42,864 nt of DNA from an uncultured Terriglobus sp. (GTDB lineage: Bacteria; Acidobacteriota; Terriglobia; Terriglobales; Acidobacteriaceae). This document shows positions 16,246-26,300 of this stretch, one piece after another. The position numbers and the translations under genes were made by a program. Below the pieces are notes generated by a model. The model made no database searches and was not told the DNA's origin. It was given only the letters and a program-made list of their open reading frames with translations. Position 1 is the first letter of the stretch. Each line of letters begins with the position of its first letter. Location of the stretch: positions 1 to 42,864 of the forward strand of contig CAZZVI010000006.1 in NCBI GenBank assembly GCA_964657335.1, written 5' to 3'.

Positions 16246-17852
16246 TGGCGATTTATCTCCCCGGAGTTGCAGAAAACCAGGCGGTTGCCCTGGAAGAGAT
16301 GACACCGCGCGAGATCGTCGCGGAGTTGGACAAGTACGTCGTCGGCCAGCATGCCGCCAAGCGCGCCGTGGCCATTGCGTTGCGCAACCGACAGCGCCGG
16401 CAGAAGCTGCCGCCGGAAATCGCCGACGAGATTATGCCGAAGAACATCATCATGATCGGACCGACAGGCGTGGGCAAGACGGAGATCGCCAGAAGGTTAG
16501 CAAAGCTAACCAATTCGCCGTTCCTGAAGGTGGAGGCCAGCAAGTTCACCGAGGTGGGCTACGTCGGCCGTGATGTCGAGAGCATCGTGCGTGACCTGGT
16601 CGAGACCGCCATCGAGATGGTGCGTGAAGAGAAGCTGGAAGAGGTGGAAGACAAGGCCGAGATGAGCGCCGAAGAGCGGCTGCTCGATCTGCTGCTGCCG
16701 CCCGCACCGCTCGAGACGATGAAGTCCGCACAGGAGACGAAGACCGGTGACCAGACGCAGAGCATGGCGCTGCCCGTCGCTATCGACTTCGATGCATCGG
16801 CCGAGCCGAAGACTGAGGAGCCGAAATCGCAGGACCGTACCCGCGAAAAGCTGCGCCAGCAGTTCCGTGAGGGCAAACTGGACGACCGCATCGTCGAGAT
16901 CGACGCGCGGGATCGCAACCAGCCGAACTTTGAGATCGTCGGTGTGCAGGGCGGCGAAGAAACCGACGTCAACCTGAAAGACATTCTGCCGGGCCTGTTC
17001 GGCAATCGTTCGCGTAAGAAAAAGATGAAGGTCTCTGAGGCCTTCGAATACCTGATCAACGAAGAAGAAGGCCGCCTGATCGACATGGATCACGTGACGC
17101 GCACTGCGATCGAGCGTGTCGAAGACTCAGGCATCGTCTTTCTCGACGAGATCGACAAGATTGCCGGCCGTGAGGGCGGTCACGGTCCCGACATCAGCCG
17201 CGAAGGCGTCCAGCGCGACATTCTGCCGATTGTTGAAGGCACCACGGTCAACACGAAGTACGGCTTCGTCTCGACGGACCACATCCTGTTCATCGCGGCG
17301 GGTGCGTTCCACGTGTCCAAGCCGAGCGATCTCATCCCCGAGTTGCAGGGTCGCTTTCCTATCCGCGTGGAATTGCAATCACTCACGATTGAGGACTTCA
17401 TCCGCATCCTCACGGAGCCGAAATCATCCCTCGTGAAGCAGAGCATCGCACTGCTGGAGACGGAGGGACTGAAGCTAGAGTTTCAGCCCGAGGCACTCGA
17501 GGAGATGGCGAGCTTTGCCTTCAGCGTGAACGAAACAACCGAAAACATCGGCGCGCGCCGCCTCCACACCATCATGGAACGCGTGCTGGACGAGATCAGC
17601 TTCCAGGCCCCGGACCTGTTGAAGAATCTGAAGCCCGCCGTCAATGGCGTCATAGCACAGGTGGAACCAAGCACGGTCGAGCAGCCCAAAGGCGCGGCTC
17701 CGCTGGCGACGGCTACGGCGCACCCGTTGCCCGTCTTGGAGCGTCAGGTAGAGGGCGGTGTCGAACGCGTCGTCGTCATCGATCCGGAGTATGTGCGGCA
17801 GCAGGTAGCGAACATCGTCCGCAACCAGGACCTGAGTCGCTACATCTTGTAA
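16245..17852 (+). CDS. hslU: ATP-dependent protease ATPase subunit HslU
   Basis: '[11 protein letters not shown]', Walker A 'GPTGVGKT', 'FLDEIDK', '[10 protein letters not shown]', '[12 protein letters not shown]', 'NIGARRL', C-terminal 'DLSRYIL'; TAATG coupling to hslV. Confidence 0.97.
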   Translation: MAIYLPGVAENQAVALEEMTPREIVAELDKYVVGQHAAKRAVAIALRNRQRRQKLPPEIADEIMPKNIIMIGPTGVGKTEIARRLAKLTNSPFLKVEASKFTEVGYVGRDVESIVRDLVETAIEMVREEKLEEVEDKAEMSAEERLLDLLLPPAPLETMKSAQETKTGDQTQSMALPVAIDFDASAEPKTEEPKSQDRTREKLRQQFREGKLDDRIVEIDARDRNQPNFEIVGVQGGEETDVNLKDILPGLFGNRSRKKKMKVSEAFEYLINEEEGRLIDMDHVTRTAIERVEDSGIVFLDEIDKIAGREGGHGPDISREGVQRDILPIVEGTTVNTKYGFVSTDHILFIAAGAFHVSKPSDLIPELQGRFPIRVELQSLTIEDFIRILTEPKSSLVKQSIALLETEGLKLEFQPEALEEMASFAFSVNETTENIGARRLHTIMERVLDEISFQAPDLLKNLKPAVNGVIAQVEPSTVEQPKGAAPLATATAHPLPVLERQVEGGVERVVVIDPEYVRQQVANIVRNQDLSRYIL

Positions 17853-18043
17853 CTTCTTCCTTGAGATTTGCTTAGCCTTCTGGCGCGTTACCGAGCGTTT
17901 GTGACCTATAACTGTGCAGGCGTAGGCTGACCGCAGATCGAAACAGGTTTTCTCGCGTGCAGCCTACCGGTAGGTCTCGAGGTAGACCACTGGATTTCGC
18001 TGAACAATTGCCTTTTCCTGAACGAATTTCCCTGGAGTCTGTC

Positions 18044-18238
18044 ATGAATCTCTCTGCCAAGAAGTCCCCGGTCCACCACCATCTCACCCGCCCCACGCTT
18101 CGGAAAGCTACCTTGCGCAACCCAAGCATTGCCGAGGGCAGTAAGAGTCCGAAGGTCGAATCCGGCTTCGGCCCGTTGCAGATCGGCACAGAGGTGTTGC
18201 CTGTGGCGGCCGCGTACAAGCCAATCTTCCGTTTCTAG
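18044..18238 (+). CDS. Small basic hypothetical protein (64 aa)
   Basis: GGAG RBS just before ATG 18044; fills the gap between hslU and the VWA gene; no recognised motif. Confidence 0.4.
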   Translation: MNLSAKKSPVHHHLTRPTLRKATLRNPSIAEGSKSPKVESGFGPLQIGTEVLPVAAAYKPIFRF

Positions 18239-18307
18239 TTCCACAATCTGTAAACGTTGCTGCTTACCGAAGCGGGACTGCGCGTGGTTTTGCGCAGCCT
18301 GCTTCAC

Positions 18308-20008
18308 TTATTTCGCAGCCGTGGCTGCCTGGCCGAGCCTTGCGTCAGCCGTTCCGATGCGTCCCGTTGCGCTGACGCGGACCACGAATCGGGCACGCAC
18401 CGCCTTGGGATCATGTTCCAGCGGGAACTTTAGGTTCAGATCACGCTTTATGGGCCCGGTGGCCGGCACATCTCCCGTGGCGCTGGCGCTGATCACCTTT
18501 GCGATCCGTTTCAGCTCCTTGTTCTTTCTGTCGAAGGTGGACGCGACCACCACTACATCCGCGTGGCGCGGCGCCGTGTCAGTCGCCGGAGCCCATATCA
18601 GGCCGCTGCCGTCTACCTTAATGGTGAAGGTGTCAGGGTTCGCCGGGTCTGGCGTCAGCGTCAGCGGCACACCGTCGTACACCATGTTGCTGGCATCGGC
18701 AGAGAGCACCTCGAACTGCAGGCGCCGCGATGGGTTCACTGGATTCACCCGCGCCGGTCCCTGCTGCACGTAGTAGCCCTCGCGCGTGGTGGCGATCAGG
18801 TCCGGCCTGCTCAGCGTGATCTTGATGCGCCGAAACTTCTTGGGGTCGACACTTGCCGTATCAGGCCGGTAAGTCAGCGAGTAGAAGCTGCCACCCTCGC
18901 GAATGCCGGTGCCGATCTCCGCATCGACATCATTGCGACCATAGAAGGTGCGCCCACCCGTCGCAACAGCCAGCTTGCTGAACTGGTAGTTGCCGCCGAA
19001 AGGATCATTGAACGCCGCGTCGGGACCGTATCCGCCTCCTGGTGTCACGGTCAGCCCGGCAGGATCCACTGTATACAGCGTCACGCGCGCGTCGCGAAGT
19101 TCGTTGACGCAGAGTTGCACGGCATTGTTCACCCGGTTCTCCGTGTCGACCGGACCGTTGACGAAGTTGTAGGGCGGAAATCCGCGGCCGATCCAGATCA
19201 TGTTCTTGTGGCCCGGATGGCCAACCACCGCCTCGGCAACGCGCGTCAGCGTGGCGAACGCAGTCCCATACCGCTCGGCAATCCAGCCGCCGTTGTGTAC
19301 CTGCCACGGATACGCGACGAAGTGATGATCCAATGCGTTCAACAGCGCGGCCTTGTTCTGCGTGTAGTCCTGCAGCACGGTGAAGTGCTGCAGGTCCACG
19401 GCAATCAGCATGGTCGGTGTGGTCAGGTGGTCGGGCTGCTTCTGCAACAGCTTTTTCAACGAGTAACGCGCGAAAGCCATGTCTTCAAAGCGCGTGTTGA
19501 ACTCGTCGAGCAACAGGATGTTTACGGGTGCCTGCGGAGCCAGCCGGTCGAGATCTGCGGTGGAGTTGATGTCGGCCGCCGCCGGTGTGGTGTGCGCACC
19601 CGCAGCCTCAAAGTTCAGGATGGTCTGCGGCTGGTCGAGCTCGGTCACGTGAAAGTCATCGCGGGTCAGGCCGTTCACGATGTTGCCCTGCTTGTCTGTC
19701 ACAACCACGTCGAGGATCACGAGGCGAGAAACGCGGCGGAGGGTATACGTGCCGTCTGCTGCCCGGACAGGCTGCGCGCCGCTGCCGGGGATCGACGGAG
19801 GAGGAGCCTGCCCTGGCGTCTGTGTCGTGGGTGGCGCTGCCTGCTGCGCCGGCACGGTTGGTGCCTGCGCGTTAGGCGCAGTCTGAGAACCGGGAGCGGA
19901 CGGCGCCTGCGCAGGAGGGAGACCGGGCGCTGCGGTGTCGCTTTGCGCATGCAGCGAGAGAGAGCCGATCAACAGGAACGTGTAGATCGTCAACGCTTTC
20001 ATGCGCAT
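18308..20008 (-). CDS. Secreted VWFA-related acidobacterial domain protein
   Basis: Signal peptide, Pro/Ala linker, 'RLVILDVVVTDKQG..VNGLTRDDF', 'GHKNMIWIGRGF', 'ATGGRTFY', 'YSLTYRP', 'FRRIKITL', 'TREGYY'. Confidence 0.9.
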   Translation of the reverse strand: MRMKALTIYTFLLIGSLSLHAQSDTAAPGLPPAQAPSAPGSQTAPNAQAPTVPAQQAAPPTTQTPGQAPPPSIPGSGAQPVRAADGTYTLRRVSRLVILDVVVTDKQGNIVNGLTRDDFHVTELDQPQTILNFEAAGAHTTPAAADINSTADLDRLAPQAPVNILLLDEFNTRFEDMAFARYSLKKLLQKQPDHLTTPTMLIAVDLQHFTVLQDYTQNKAALLNALDHHFVAYPWQVHNGGWIAERYGTAFATLTRVAEAVVGHPGHKNMIWIGRGFPPYNFVNGPVDTENRVNNAVQLCVNELRDARVTLYTVDPAGLTVTPGGGYGPDAAFNDPFGGNYQFSKLAVATGGRTFYGRNDVDAEIGTGIREGGSFYSLTYRPDTASVDPKKFRRIKITLSRPDLIATTREGYYVQQGPARVNPVNPSRRLQFEVLSADASNMVYDGVPLTLTPDPANPDTFTIKVDGSGLIWAPATDTAPRHADVVVVASTFDRKNKELKRIAKVISASATGDVPATGPIKRDLNLKFPLEHDPKAVRARFVVRVSATGRIGTADARLGQAATAAK

Positions 20009-20160
20009 ACTGTACGCGCTCTTGTGACGTGTAGCACACACGAGCGCGTCATGGCAGGTTCTTGGCGAACCGCACAGATTTCTTCGCAACAAAGCCAGTT
20101 GCGGCGTGTCCACAGCGCCCTCGCTGCAGTGCCAAGTCCATCCAGGTCGGGGCGTTTACT

Positions 20161-20281
20161 GCTCGTCATCCTGAGGGGGCACGCGGTGCGTAGTCGAAGG
20201 ACTGCTTTTTTCATGCTGCGACGGCGTTCCTCCGAAGAGCAGGTCCTTCGACTCCGCTTCGTTCCGCTCAAGATAACGAGC
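20161..20281. repeat. REP/MITE-like palindromic element (gtcatcctgag...gtcgaaggac type)
   Basis: gctcgtcatcctgag/ctcaagataacgagc and agtcgaaggac/gtccttcgact inverted arms; same general family as the 1285-1466 element. Confidence 0.75.
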
Positions 20282-20400
20282 AACCATGCATAATGAATCA
20301 ACCTTCTCCCTCGTTCGTAGCCGTGCGTGACGCGGCATCGCCATCCGCGCTACTCTGGCACCGTAGCGGCGTGGAGCTTCTCTCGCCCGGAAAGACATTG

Positions 20401-21726
20401 ATGGCCATCTCTTCCTCGCCTGCAAGCCTTAGCTTCAACAGCCGCACCAGCACGGATTACCGTGCCATGACGATCGCAACCACGCTCTTTTTCATGTGGG
20501 GATTTCTCACCAGCCTGAACGACATCCTGATCCCGCACCTGAAATCGATCTTCTCGCTAAGCAATGCGCAGGCGGCGCTCATCCAGTTCGCGTTCTTCGG
20601 TTCGTACTTCCTTTTCGCCATACCGGGCGGCAAGCTGGTGGAATACCGCGGCTACAAGCAGACCATGGTCACCGGCCTGCTGGTCGCGGCGGCGGGTGCG
20701 ATTCTGTTCATCCCGGCGGCCCACCTGGCTTCGTACGCGCTGTTTCTCGGCGCGCTGGTCGTGCTTGCTGCGGGTATCACGTTTCTGCAGGTTTCGGCCA
20801 ATCCATTCGTCACCAGCATCGGTCCGGGAGAGACCGCGTCAAGCCGCCTGAATCTGTCGCAGGCATTCAACTCGCTCGGCACCACCATCGCGCCGAAGCT
20901 TGGCGGCCTGTTCATTCTGGGCGCAGCCGCTCCGCTGGCCGTAGACAGGCTGACGAAGCTTTCCCCGTCCGATTTACAGGCCTATCGCATGGAACAGGCC
21001 AGCACGGTGCACACGCCGTACCTGCTGATCACCGGCATACTTCTGCTGCTGGCAGGGCTGCTTGCCGCGGTAAAGCTGGATAGTCGCGAGCACCTGACAG
21101 TCGACATGCGTCCCATCGCTGGGTTTGGCGCCAGCATCTGGAATCAGAAATGGCTGCTGCTAGGCGCTCTGGGTATCTTCCTCTACGTGGGCGCGGAGGT
21201 CTCCATCGGCAGCTTCATAATCGGCTACTTCGAGCAGCCGATGATTGGCGGCCTGACTGCCGCGGCGGCCGCCACCTACGTCAGCTACTACTGGGGCGGA
21301 GCGATGATCGGCCGTTTCATCGGCTCCGCGATTCTGACCAAGGTGCGCACCGGCACACTGCTCGGCCTGTTCGCGCTGGTTGCGTGCGCTCTGGTGATCG
21401 CCAGCATGGTGAGCAGCGGCCACGTTGCCATGTGGACCATCCTGTCTGTCGGCCTGTTTAACAGCATCATGTTCCCGAGCATCTTCACGCTGGGCCTGAC
21501 CGGCCTCGGCGAACTGACCAGCAAGGGATCGAGCCTGATGGTGCAGGCCATCGTGGGAGGCGCGCTGCTGCCGCTGCTGTATGGCAAGCTAGCCGACGGC
21601 ATCGGCTACCAGAAAGCGTTCATCGTGCCCGCGCTATGCTACGTCTTCATCGCGATCTATGGCTTCGCCTCCACGCGACGTCTGCTTGTGACCGACCCGT
21701 TTGCGGGTCCTGTCGATCCGGTATAG
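20401..21726 (+). CDS. MFS sugar transporter, FucP/GluP (fucose or glucose-galactose:H+ symporter) family
   Basis: 'LFFMWGFLTSLNDILIPHLK', 'LQVSANPF', 'RLNLSQAFNSLG', 'FLYVGAEV', 'NSIMFPSIF'. Confidence 0.92.
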   Translation: MAISSSPASLSFNSRTSTDYRAMTIATTLFFMWGFLTSLNDILIPHLKSIFSLSNAQAALIQFAFFGSYFLFAIPGGKLVEYRGYKQTMVTGLLVAAAGAILFIPAAHLASYALFLGALVVLAAGITFLQVSANPFVTSIGPGETASSRLNLSQAFNSLGTTIAPKLGGLFILGAAAPLAVDRLTKLSPSDLQAYRMEQASTVHTPYLLITGILLLLAGLLAAVKLDSREHLTVDMRPIAGFGASIWNQKWLLLGALGIFLYVGAEVSIGSFIIGYFEQPMIGGLTAAAAATYVSYYWGGAMIGRFIGSAILTKVRTGTLLGLFALVACALVIASMVSSGHVAMWTILSVGLFNSIMFPSIFTLGLTGLGELTSKGSSLMVQAIVGGALLPLLYGKLADGIGYQKAFIVPALCYVFIAIYGFASTRRLLVTDPFAGPVDPV

Positions 21727-21777
21727 TTATCGCGCTGTCATGGTTCCGTCGTAAGCTCATCCCGAGGATTTTCTGTG

Positions 21778-23088
21778 ATGAGAACGAAGCTGGCGGCAGC
21801 GGTGTGCAGTGTAGCGGTGGCGTGGTCGACGGCGTTCGCACAACCATCGGCACAGCGTAAACCGATCGTCGTCGTGATCAGTTTGGACGCCTTCGGTGCA
21901 TCGCTGCTGCACGACCCATTGCTGCCCGTACCGACACTGCATGCGCTGATGAAGAGCGGCACCTATGCCGCTGCGATGCGGCCCGTGAACCCGACGGTCA
22001 CGTGGCCGAACCACACCTCGATGGTGACCGGCGTGGCTCCGGACAAGCACGGACTGATTGCCAACGGCCAAATCACTGATATCCGCAACGGCAAGACACC
22101 GCACGTGGCCTTCCATGCGGACAAGGCCAAACTGGTTCGCGTGCCGACGGTCTATGACGAAGCGCATGCCGCTGGCCTGGGCACGGCCGAGATGGATTGG
22201 GTTGCCATCGAAAATCCCGGCACCATCGATTGGAGCTTCTTTGAACAGCCGGTCCGCTCCAGTTCCCTGCTCAAGGAGATGCTGGCGGACGGCAGCCTGA
22301 CCGAAGACGAGTTGAAGGACTTCAACAGCAAGCCGACGCAGCCGTATCGCGACCGCCTGTACACGCGGGGCGCCGTGTACGCCATCAAGCATCACCATCC
22401 CAACCTGGTACTGCTGCATCTGCTGGCGCTCGACAGCACGGAGCATACTTACGGCTACAACACCATGGCAGGCGTGAACACCGTAGCCTTCCTCGATGAC
22501 CGCGTGAAGGAGGTGGTCGACGCAGTGCGCGACGCCGGTGACCTGGATCGCACGACGTTCCTGATTGTGAGCGATCACGGCCAATCGAGCGTGCACCACA
22601 CCGCAAGTCCGAACGCGATCTTGACGGCCGCGGGCGTCATGCCCGATCAGGCTACGGCCCTGCCCGAGGGTGGAGCGGCTTACATCTACGAAGCGCATGC
22701 GACGCCTGAACTGGATGCGAAGATCCGCGCGGCCTTCGCCGCAAGCCCGGCGACGGACAGCGTCCCAACACCGGCCGAGCAGTCCGCGCAAGACTGGCCT
22801 CTGCCGGCGAACAACCCCACCACGCCCGACGTGCTGGTCTACGCGAAAGAAGACTGGCGCTTTGCGGACAAGGTGCCCGCAGCGCCCGAGGCGCAAACAG
22901 GAGCCCACGGCTATCCCAACACGCGCCCACTGATGAAGGAGATTTTCGTCGCCAGTGGAGCCGCCATTAAGCAGACGGGGGAACAGCCCGAGTTCCCGAA
23001 CATCGACGTAGCAGCGACCATCGCGGAGATTCTCGGGCTTTCACAAGCCGGAATGGACGGAAAACCCCTCACGGCGATCCTGAAGTAG
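21778..23088 (+). CDS. Secreted alkaline phosphatase superfamily protein (nucleotide pyrophosphatase/phosphodiesterase)
   Basis: Signal peptide, 'VISLDAF', 'PTVTWPNHTSMVTG', 'LDSTEH', 'VSDHG', 'GAHGY'. Confidence 0.9.
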   Translation: MRTKLAAAVCSVAVAWSTAFAQPSAQRKPIVVVISLDAFGASLLHDPLLPVPTLHALMKSGTYAAAMRPVNPTVTWPNHTSMVTGVAPDKHGLIANGQITDIRNGKTPHVAFHADKAKLVRVPTVYDEAHAAGLGTAEMDWVAIENPGTIDWSFFEQPVRSSSLLKEMLADGSLTEDELKDFNSKPTQPYRDRLYTRGAVYAIKHHHPNLVLLHLLALDSTEHTYGYNTMAGVNTVAFLDDRVKEVVDAVRDAGDLDRTTFLIVSDHGQSSVHHTASPNAILTAAGVMPDQATALPEGGAAYIYEAHATPELDAKIRAAFAASPATDSVPTPAEQSAQDWPLPANNPTTPDVLVYAKEDWRFADKVPAAPEAQTGAHGYPNTRPLMKEIFVASGAAIKQTGEQPEFPNIDVAATIAEILGLSQAGMDGKPLTAILK

Positions 23089-23607
23089 TTACTTCAACAG
23101 CCGCACCACAAGCCCCACGGTCACACCCGTGTTGTTGGCGAGCGTCGCGACCGGCAGCTTGACTGGTGCGGGATCACCGGGGATGACCTCGATGCTCGAC
23201 CTGCCCGACATGCGGTAGCAGATGGCGAAGTCATCCAGCATGCTGCCATCATCCGTGTTGAAGCGCTGGGCGCCCAGACGTTTCGCCGCACCCGCCAGCG
23301 GCATGGAAGCCAGAGGGCTGACGCCCCGGCTATAGGGTCTGCTGAAGCTGATGCGGGATGTCCGCTCCGCAGATGGCGAGCGGTCCGCGGGTTGCACGCG
23401 GAACGAGAGCGTTGGCACATGAGGCAGGTCCGGCAGAGCTTCCATTCCTGTCGATTCCGCAGGCTGCGAAGTGCCCGCTTCGCTCAGGATCGAGGATGCG
23501 ACTGACGGCGCGAATGGGTCGGCAGGGCGCGACTTTGGCGAGGCACAGAAGGCCATTGAAGAAAGCAGCGAGAAGCAGAGCGCAAGGCAAAGTCTGGTAC
23601 TTGTCAC
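23089..23607 (-). CDS. Hypothetical secreted protein
   Basis: GTG start after a GAGG RBS; signal-peptide-like N-terminus; C-terminal beta-strand-like 'GVTVGLVVRLLK'. Confidence 0.55.
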   Translation of the reverse strand: MTSTRLCLALCFSLLSSMAFCASPKSRPADPFAPSVASSILSEAGTSQPAESTGMEALPDLPHVPTLSFRVQPADRSPSAERTSRISFSRPYSRGVSPLASMPLAGAAKRLGAQRFNTDDGSMLDDFAICYRMSGRSSIEVIPGDPAPVKLPVATLANNTGVTVGLVVRLLK

Positions 23608-23802
23608 TGGGGCGTCCTCTCGTTCTGTATCGGCCCGCCGCGTGCGATTCATAGGGCTGGTTGCCGTTCGAATTTCCAACACTTGTTAGGAATATGAAAG
23701 TCGAAAGAAGTGTTGCATCGTTAATTTCCGGCTCGCGCAAGCGGCAGCCGCGGCAGCGTAGGCGTGGGCCTGTGGGCGACGTAGACTGAAGACGAGGCTT
23801 CC

Positions 23803-24396
23803 ATGGTCTTCGTCCTGGACAACTACGATTCGTTCACCTACAACCTCGTGCAATACATGGGCGAGCTCGGAGCGGAGATGGTGATCCGCCGCAACGATGA
23901 GTTGACGCCGGCTGAGATTGAAGCGCTGGACCCGGATCGCATCCTGATCTCGCCCGGTCCCTGCACGCCGCAGGAAGCGGGTGTCTCCATTGACCTGATC
24001 CGTCACTATGCGGCGAAGGGCAGTGCTGGCGGCAAGCGCACGCCGATCCTCGGCGTCTGCCTGGGTCACCAGGCTCTCGGTGCGGCGTTTGGCGGCAACG
24101 TGGTGCGCGCTGCGCGGCTGATGCATGGCAAGACCAGCGAAGTCGAACACGACGGCCGCACCATCTTCGAGGGACTGGAGCCGAAGATGACCTGCACGCG
24201 CTATCACTCGCTTGTTGTCAGCCCGGAAGGGCTGCCGGATGAGCTCGAGGTCTCCGCTCGCACCACTGATCCTGAAGGCGAGGTCATCATGGGGCTACGC
24301 CATCGCGAGTTGCCGATCGAAGGCGTGCAGTTTCATCCCGAGAGCGTTTTGACGGATCACGGCAAGCAGTTGATTGCAAACTTTCTGAAGATGTGA
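23803..24396 (+). CDS. pabA: Aminodeoxychorismate/anthranilate synthase component II (glutamine amidotransferase, PabA/TrpG)
   Basis: '[11 protein letters not shown]', 'ISPGPCTP', 'GVCLGHQ', 'MHGKTS', 'RYHSL', 'GVQFHPES'. Confidence 0.93.
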   Translation: MVFVLDNYDSFTYNLVQYMGELGAEMVIRRNDELTPAEIEALDPDRILISPGPCTPQEAGVSIDLIRHYAAKGSAGGKRTPILGVCLGHQALGAAFGGNVVRAARLMHGKTSEVEHDGRTIFEGLEPKMTCTRYHSLVVSPEGLPDELEVSARTTDPEGEVIMGLRHRELPIEGVQFHPESVLTDHGKQLIANFLKM

Positions 24397-24400
24397 CGGG

Positions 24401-25441
24401 ATGACACCTGCCCACAAATCGAAGTGGAGTATCGCAGCAGCGACATTCGCCGCGACCGTGCTGGGCGGTCCAGCGGCACGTGCGCAGCAGTCTCTTGGTT
24501 CCCTGAAAACGGATGGCGCCGAGATTGCCGGCAAGGTGACCGTCAGCGCCGGACGCGCCGTGATTGCGAACAGCGGATCGATCACGGCGAGCGGTGGAAC
24601 GGCTGAGGTCGCGCTGACACGGGGCGGGTCGGTTAAGGTGTGTACCGGCTCTGCGGCGCGGCTGTCGCAGCCTACCTTCGACATGGCGCACCCGCCGCTG
24701 CTGACGGCGCTGAACCGCGGCAGCATGGAAATCCAGACGCACGCGGAAAAAAATGACGTAATCCTGACGCCGGATTTTAGGCTTGAGGTCTCCGACCCGG
24801 CACCGCTGAACCTGCGTGTGCGCCTCGTCGCCAACGGCGATACGTGCATAGACAACTCGGGGAAGGACGCACCCATGCTGCACGCGACGGAGGCCTTCGG
24901 CACCGGTGCCTATTTCATCCGGCCCGGGCAGCGCGTGCTGTTTGAACATGGCAGCCTGCGCGAGGTGGTAGACAGGGAAACCAGCAGTTGCGGTTGCCCA
25001 AAGCCGGATCCGCTCGTACTTGCCGGCAAGGGCAAGCATGGTGACGGCAAGATACCGGAAGCGGCGCGGATCAATCCGTTCCCTGAGGCCGTCAGTCAGG
25101 GACTGGCGAAGCCTGAAACGCCGCAGCAAAACGCCCCGGTGGGCGGCGTTCAAACGCAGGTCAGCACCACTCTGGCCTACAACGGCACGACGAACGCGGT
25201 CAGCGGTCCTCCCGGCGAGGTAACCACGGCAGCCTCCATCGCACCCGGTGCAGGTTCCACGGCACCGGCTTCCGGCGCATCATCGTCGCGCGCCAGCACG
25301 TCGGGTGCAGCACCTTCCGCAAGCAACGCGGATCCACCGGCAACGGATGCGCACGTCACGGAAGCAGCACCACCGCCGGCGGGGCCGAATCCCTTTCGCG
25401 CAATCGGTCGCTTCTTTCGGCGCGTCTTCGGTGGACACTAA
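24401..25441 (+). CDS. Hypothetical secreted protein with a beta-rich N-domain, low-complexity linker and C-terminal amphipathic helix
   Basis: Signal peptide ending ARA-Q; Cys pattern VC...TC...CGC; C-terminus NPFRAIGRFFRRVFGGH. Confidence 0.75.
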   Translation: MTPAHKSKWSIAAATFAATVLGGPAARAQQSLGSLKTDGAEIAGKVTVSAGRAVIANSGSITASGGTAEVALTRGGSVKVCTGSAARLSQPTFDMAHPPLLTALNRGSMEIQTHAEKNDVILTPDFRLEVSDPAPLNLRVRLVANGDTCIDNSGKDAPMLHATEAFGTGAYFIRPGQRVLFEHGSLREVVDRETSSCGCPKPDPLVLAGKGKHGDGKIPEAARINPFPEAVSQGLAKPETPQQNAPVGGVQTQVSTTLAYNGTTNAVSGPPGEVTTAASIAPGAGSTAPASGASSSRASTSGAAPSASNADPPATDAHVTEAAPPPAGPNPFRAIGRFFRRVFGGH

Positions 25442-25646
25442 GCCTTTTACTCATAACTTGTGATCGCATCTCAGGAAACACTCCTTTCTGTAGCGGAGGG
25501 GGAGCGTTCCTGCTGACACCCTGGCGCGACGACCGCCAGACTCGCGCGGATCACCGCGCTACAATCGAACCTGCGCACCGGGCGTTCGCGCCATACCTTC
25601 GCGTCCTCGATCCCGGTCAAAGTTCAAGTAGCAACAGGAGTTCCTC

Positions 25647-26207
25647 ATGGCGATTCCCGCCACCCAGATGCGTCCCGGCATGGTCATCAAGCATAACGAC
25701 AAGCTGCACTCGGTATTTGCCGTAGAGCACCGGACGCCCGGCAACCTGCGCGCGTTCATTCAAGCGAAACTTCGCAACCTGGAATCGGGAGCCATGTTCG
25801 AACACCGCTTCCGCTCGGGTGACGCCATCGATCGCGTGATCGTCGACGAAGTGCAGATGGAGTACCTCTACAACGACGGCGACGAATACATCTTCATGGA
25901 CATGAACAACTATGAGCAGACGACGCTTGGCCGCGAGATTCTGGGCGATGCCGTGGAGTACCTGCTTCCCAACATCAAGATCGACATCAGCTTCATCGAC
26001 GGCAAGCCCGTCGGTGTCGAGCTGCCCAATGTGGTCGAGATGACCGTCGTGCAGACGGAGCCCGGTATCCGCTCGGCAACGGCATCCTCCGTCACCAAGC
26101 CGGCTAAGACGGAAACGGGTTTGATCGTGCAGGTCCCTGCCTTTATCAACGAAGGCGAGAAGATCCGCATCGATACGGCCGAAGGCGCGTACATGTCACG
26201 CGCATAG
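25647..26207 (+). CDS. efp: Translation elongation factor P
   Basis: 'EHRTPGNLRAFIQAKLRNL', 'MEYLYNDG', 'ELP', 'TEPG', 'KPAKTETG...VPAFINEGEKIRIDT..G.YMSRA'; RBS AGGAG. Confidence 0.96.
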   Translation: MAIPATQMRPGMVIKHNDKLHSVFAVEHRTPGNLRAFIQAKLRNLESGAMFEHRFRSGDAIDRVIVDEVQMEYLYNDGDEYIFMDMNNYEQTTLGREILGDAVEYLLPNIKIDISFIDGKPVGVELPNVVEMTVVQTEPGIRSATASSVTKPAKTETGLIVQVPAFINEGEKIRIDTAEGAYMSRA

Positions 26208-26224
26208 AACTGCTTCGATTCACG

Positions 26225-26254
26225 AGGGTCCGCGCTACTGCGCGGCCCCTGTTC
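26225..26254 (+). terminator. Hairpin downstream of efp (possible terminator)
   Basis: agggtccgcgc-tact-gcgcggcccct with one mismatch; weak U-tract. Confidence 0.45.
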
Positions 26255-26300
26255 GCGGCAGCGTGATTACTGCTCACCATCTGCACGCATCCAATCCTCC

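Noticed and set aside
18563-20293. 576-aa plus-strand ORF
   Set aside because: Antisense shadow of the VWA-domain gene.
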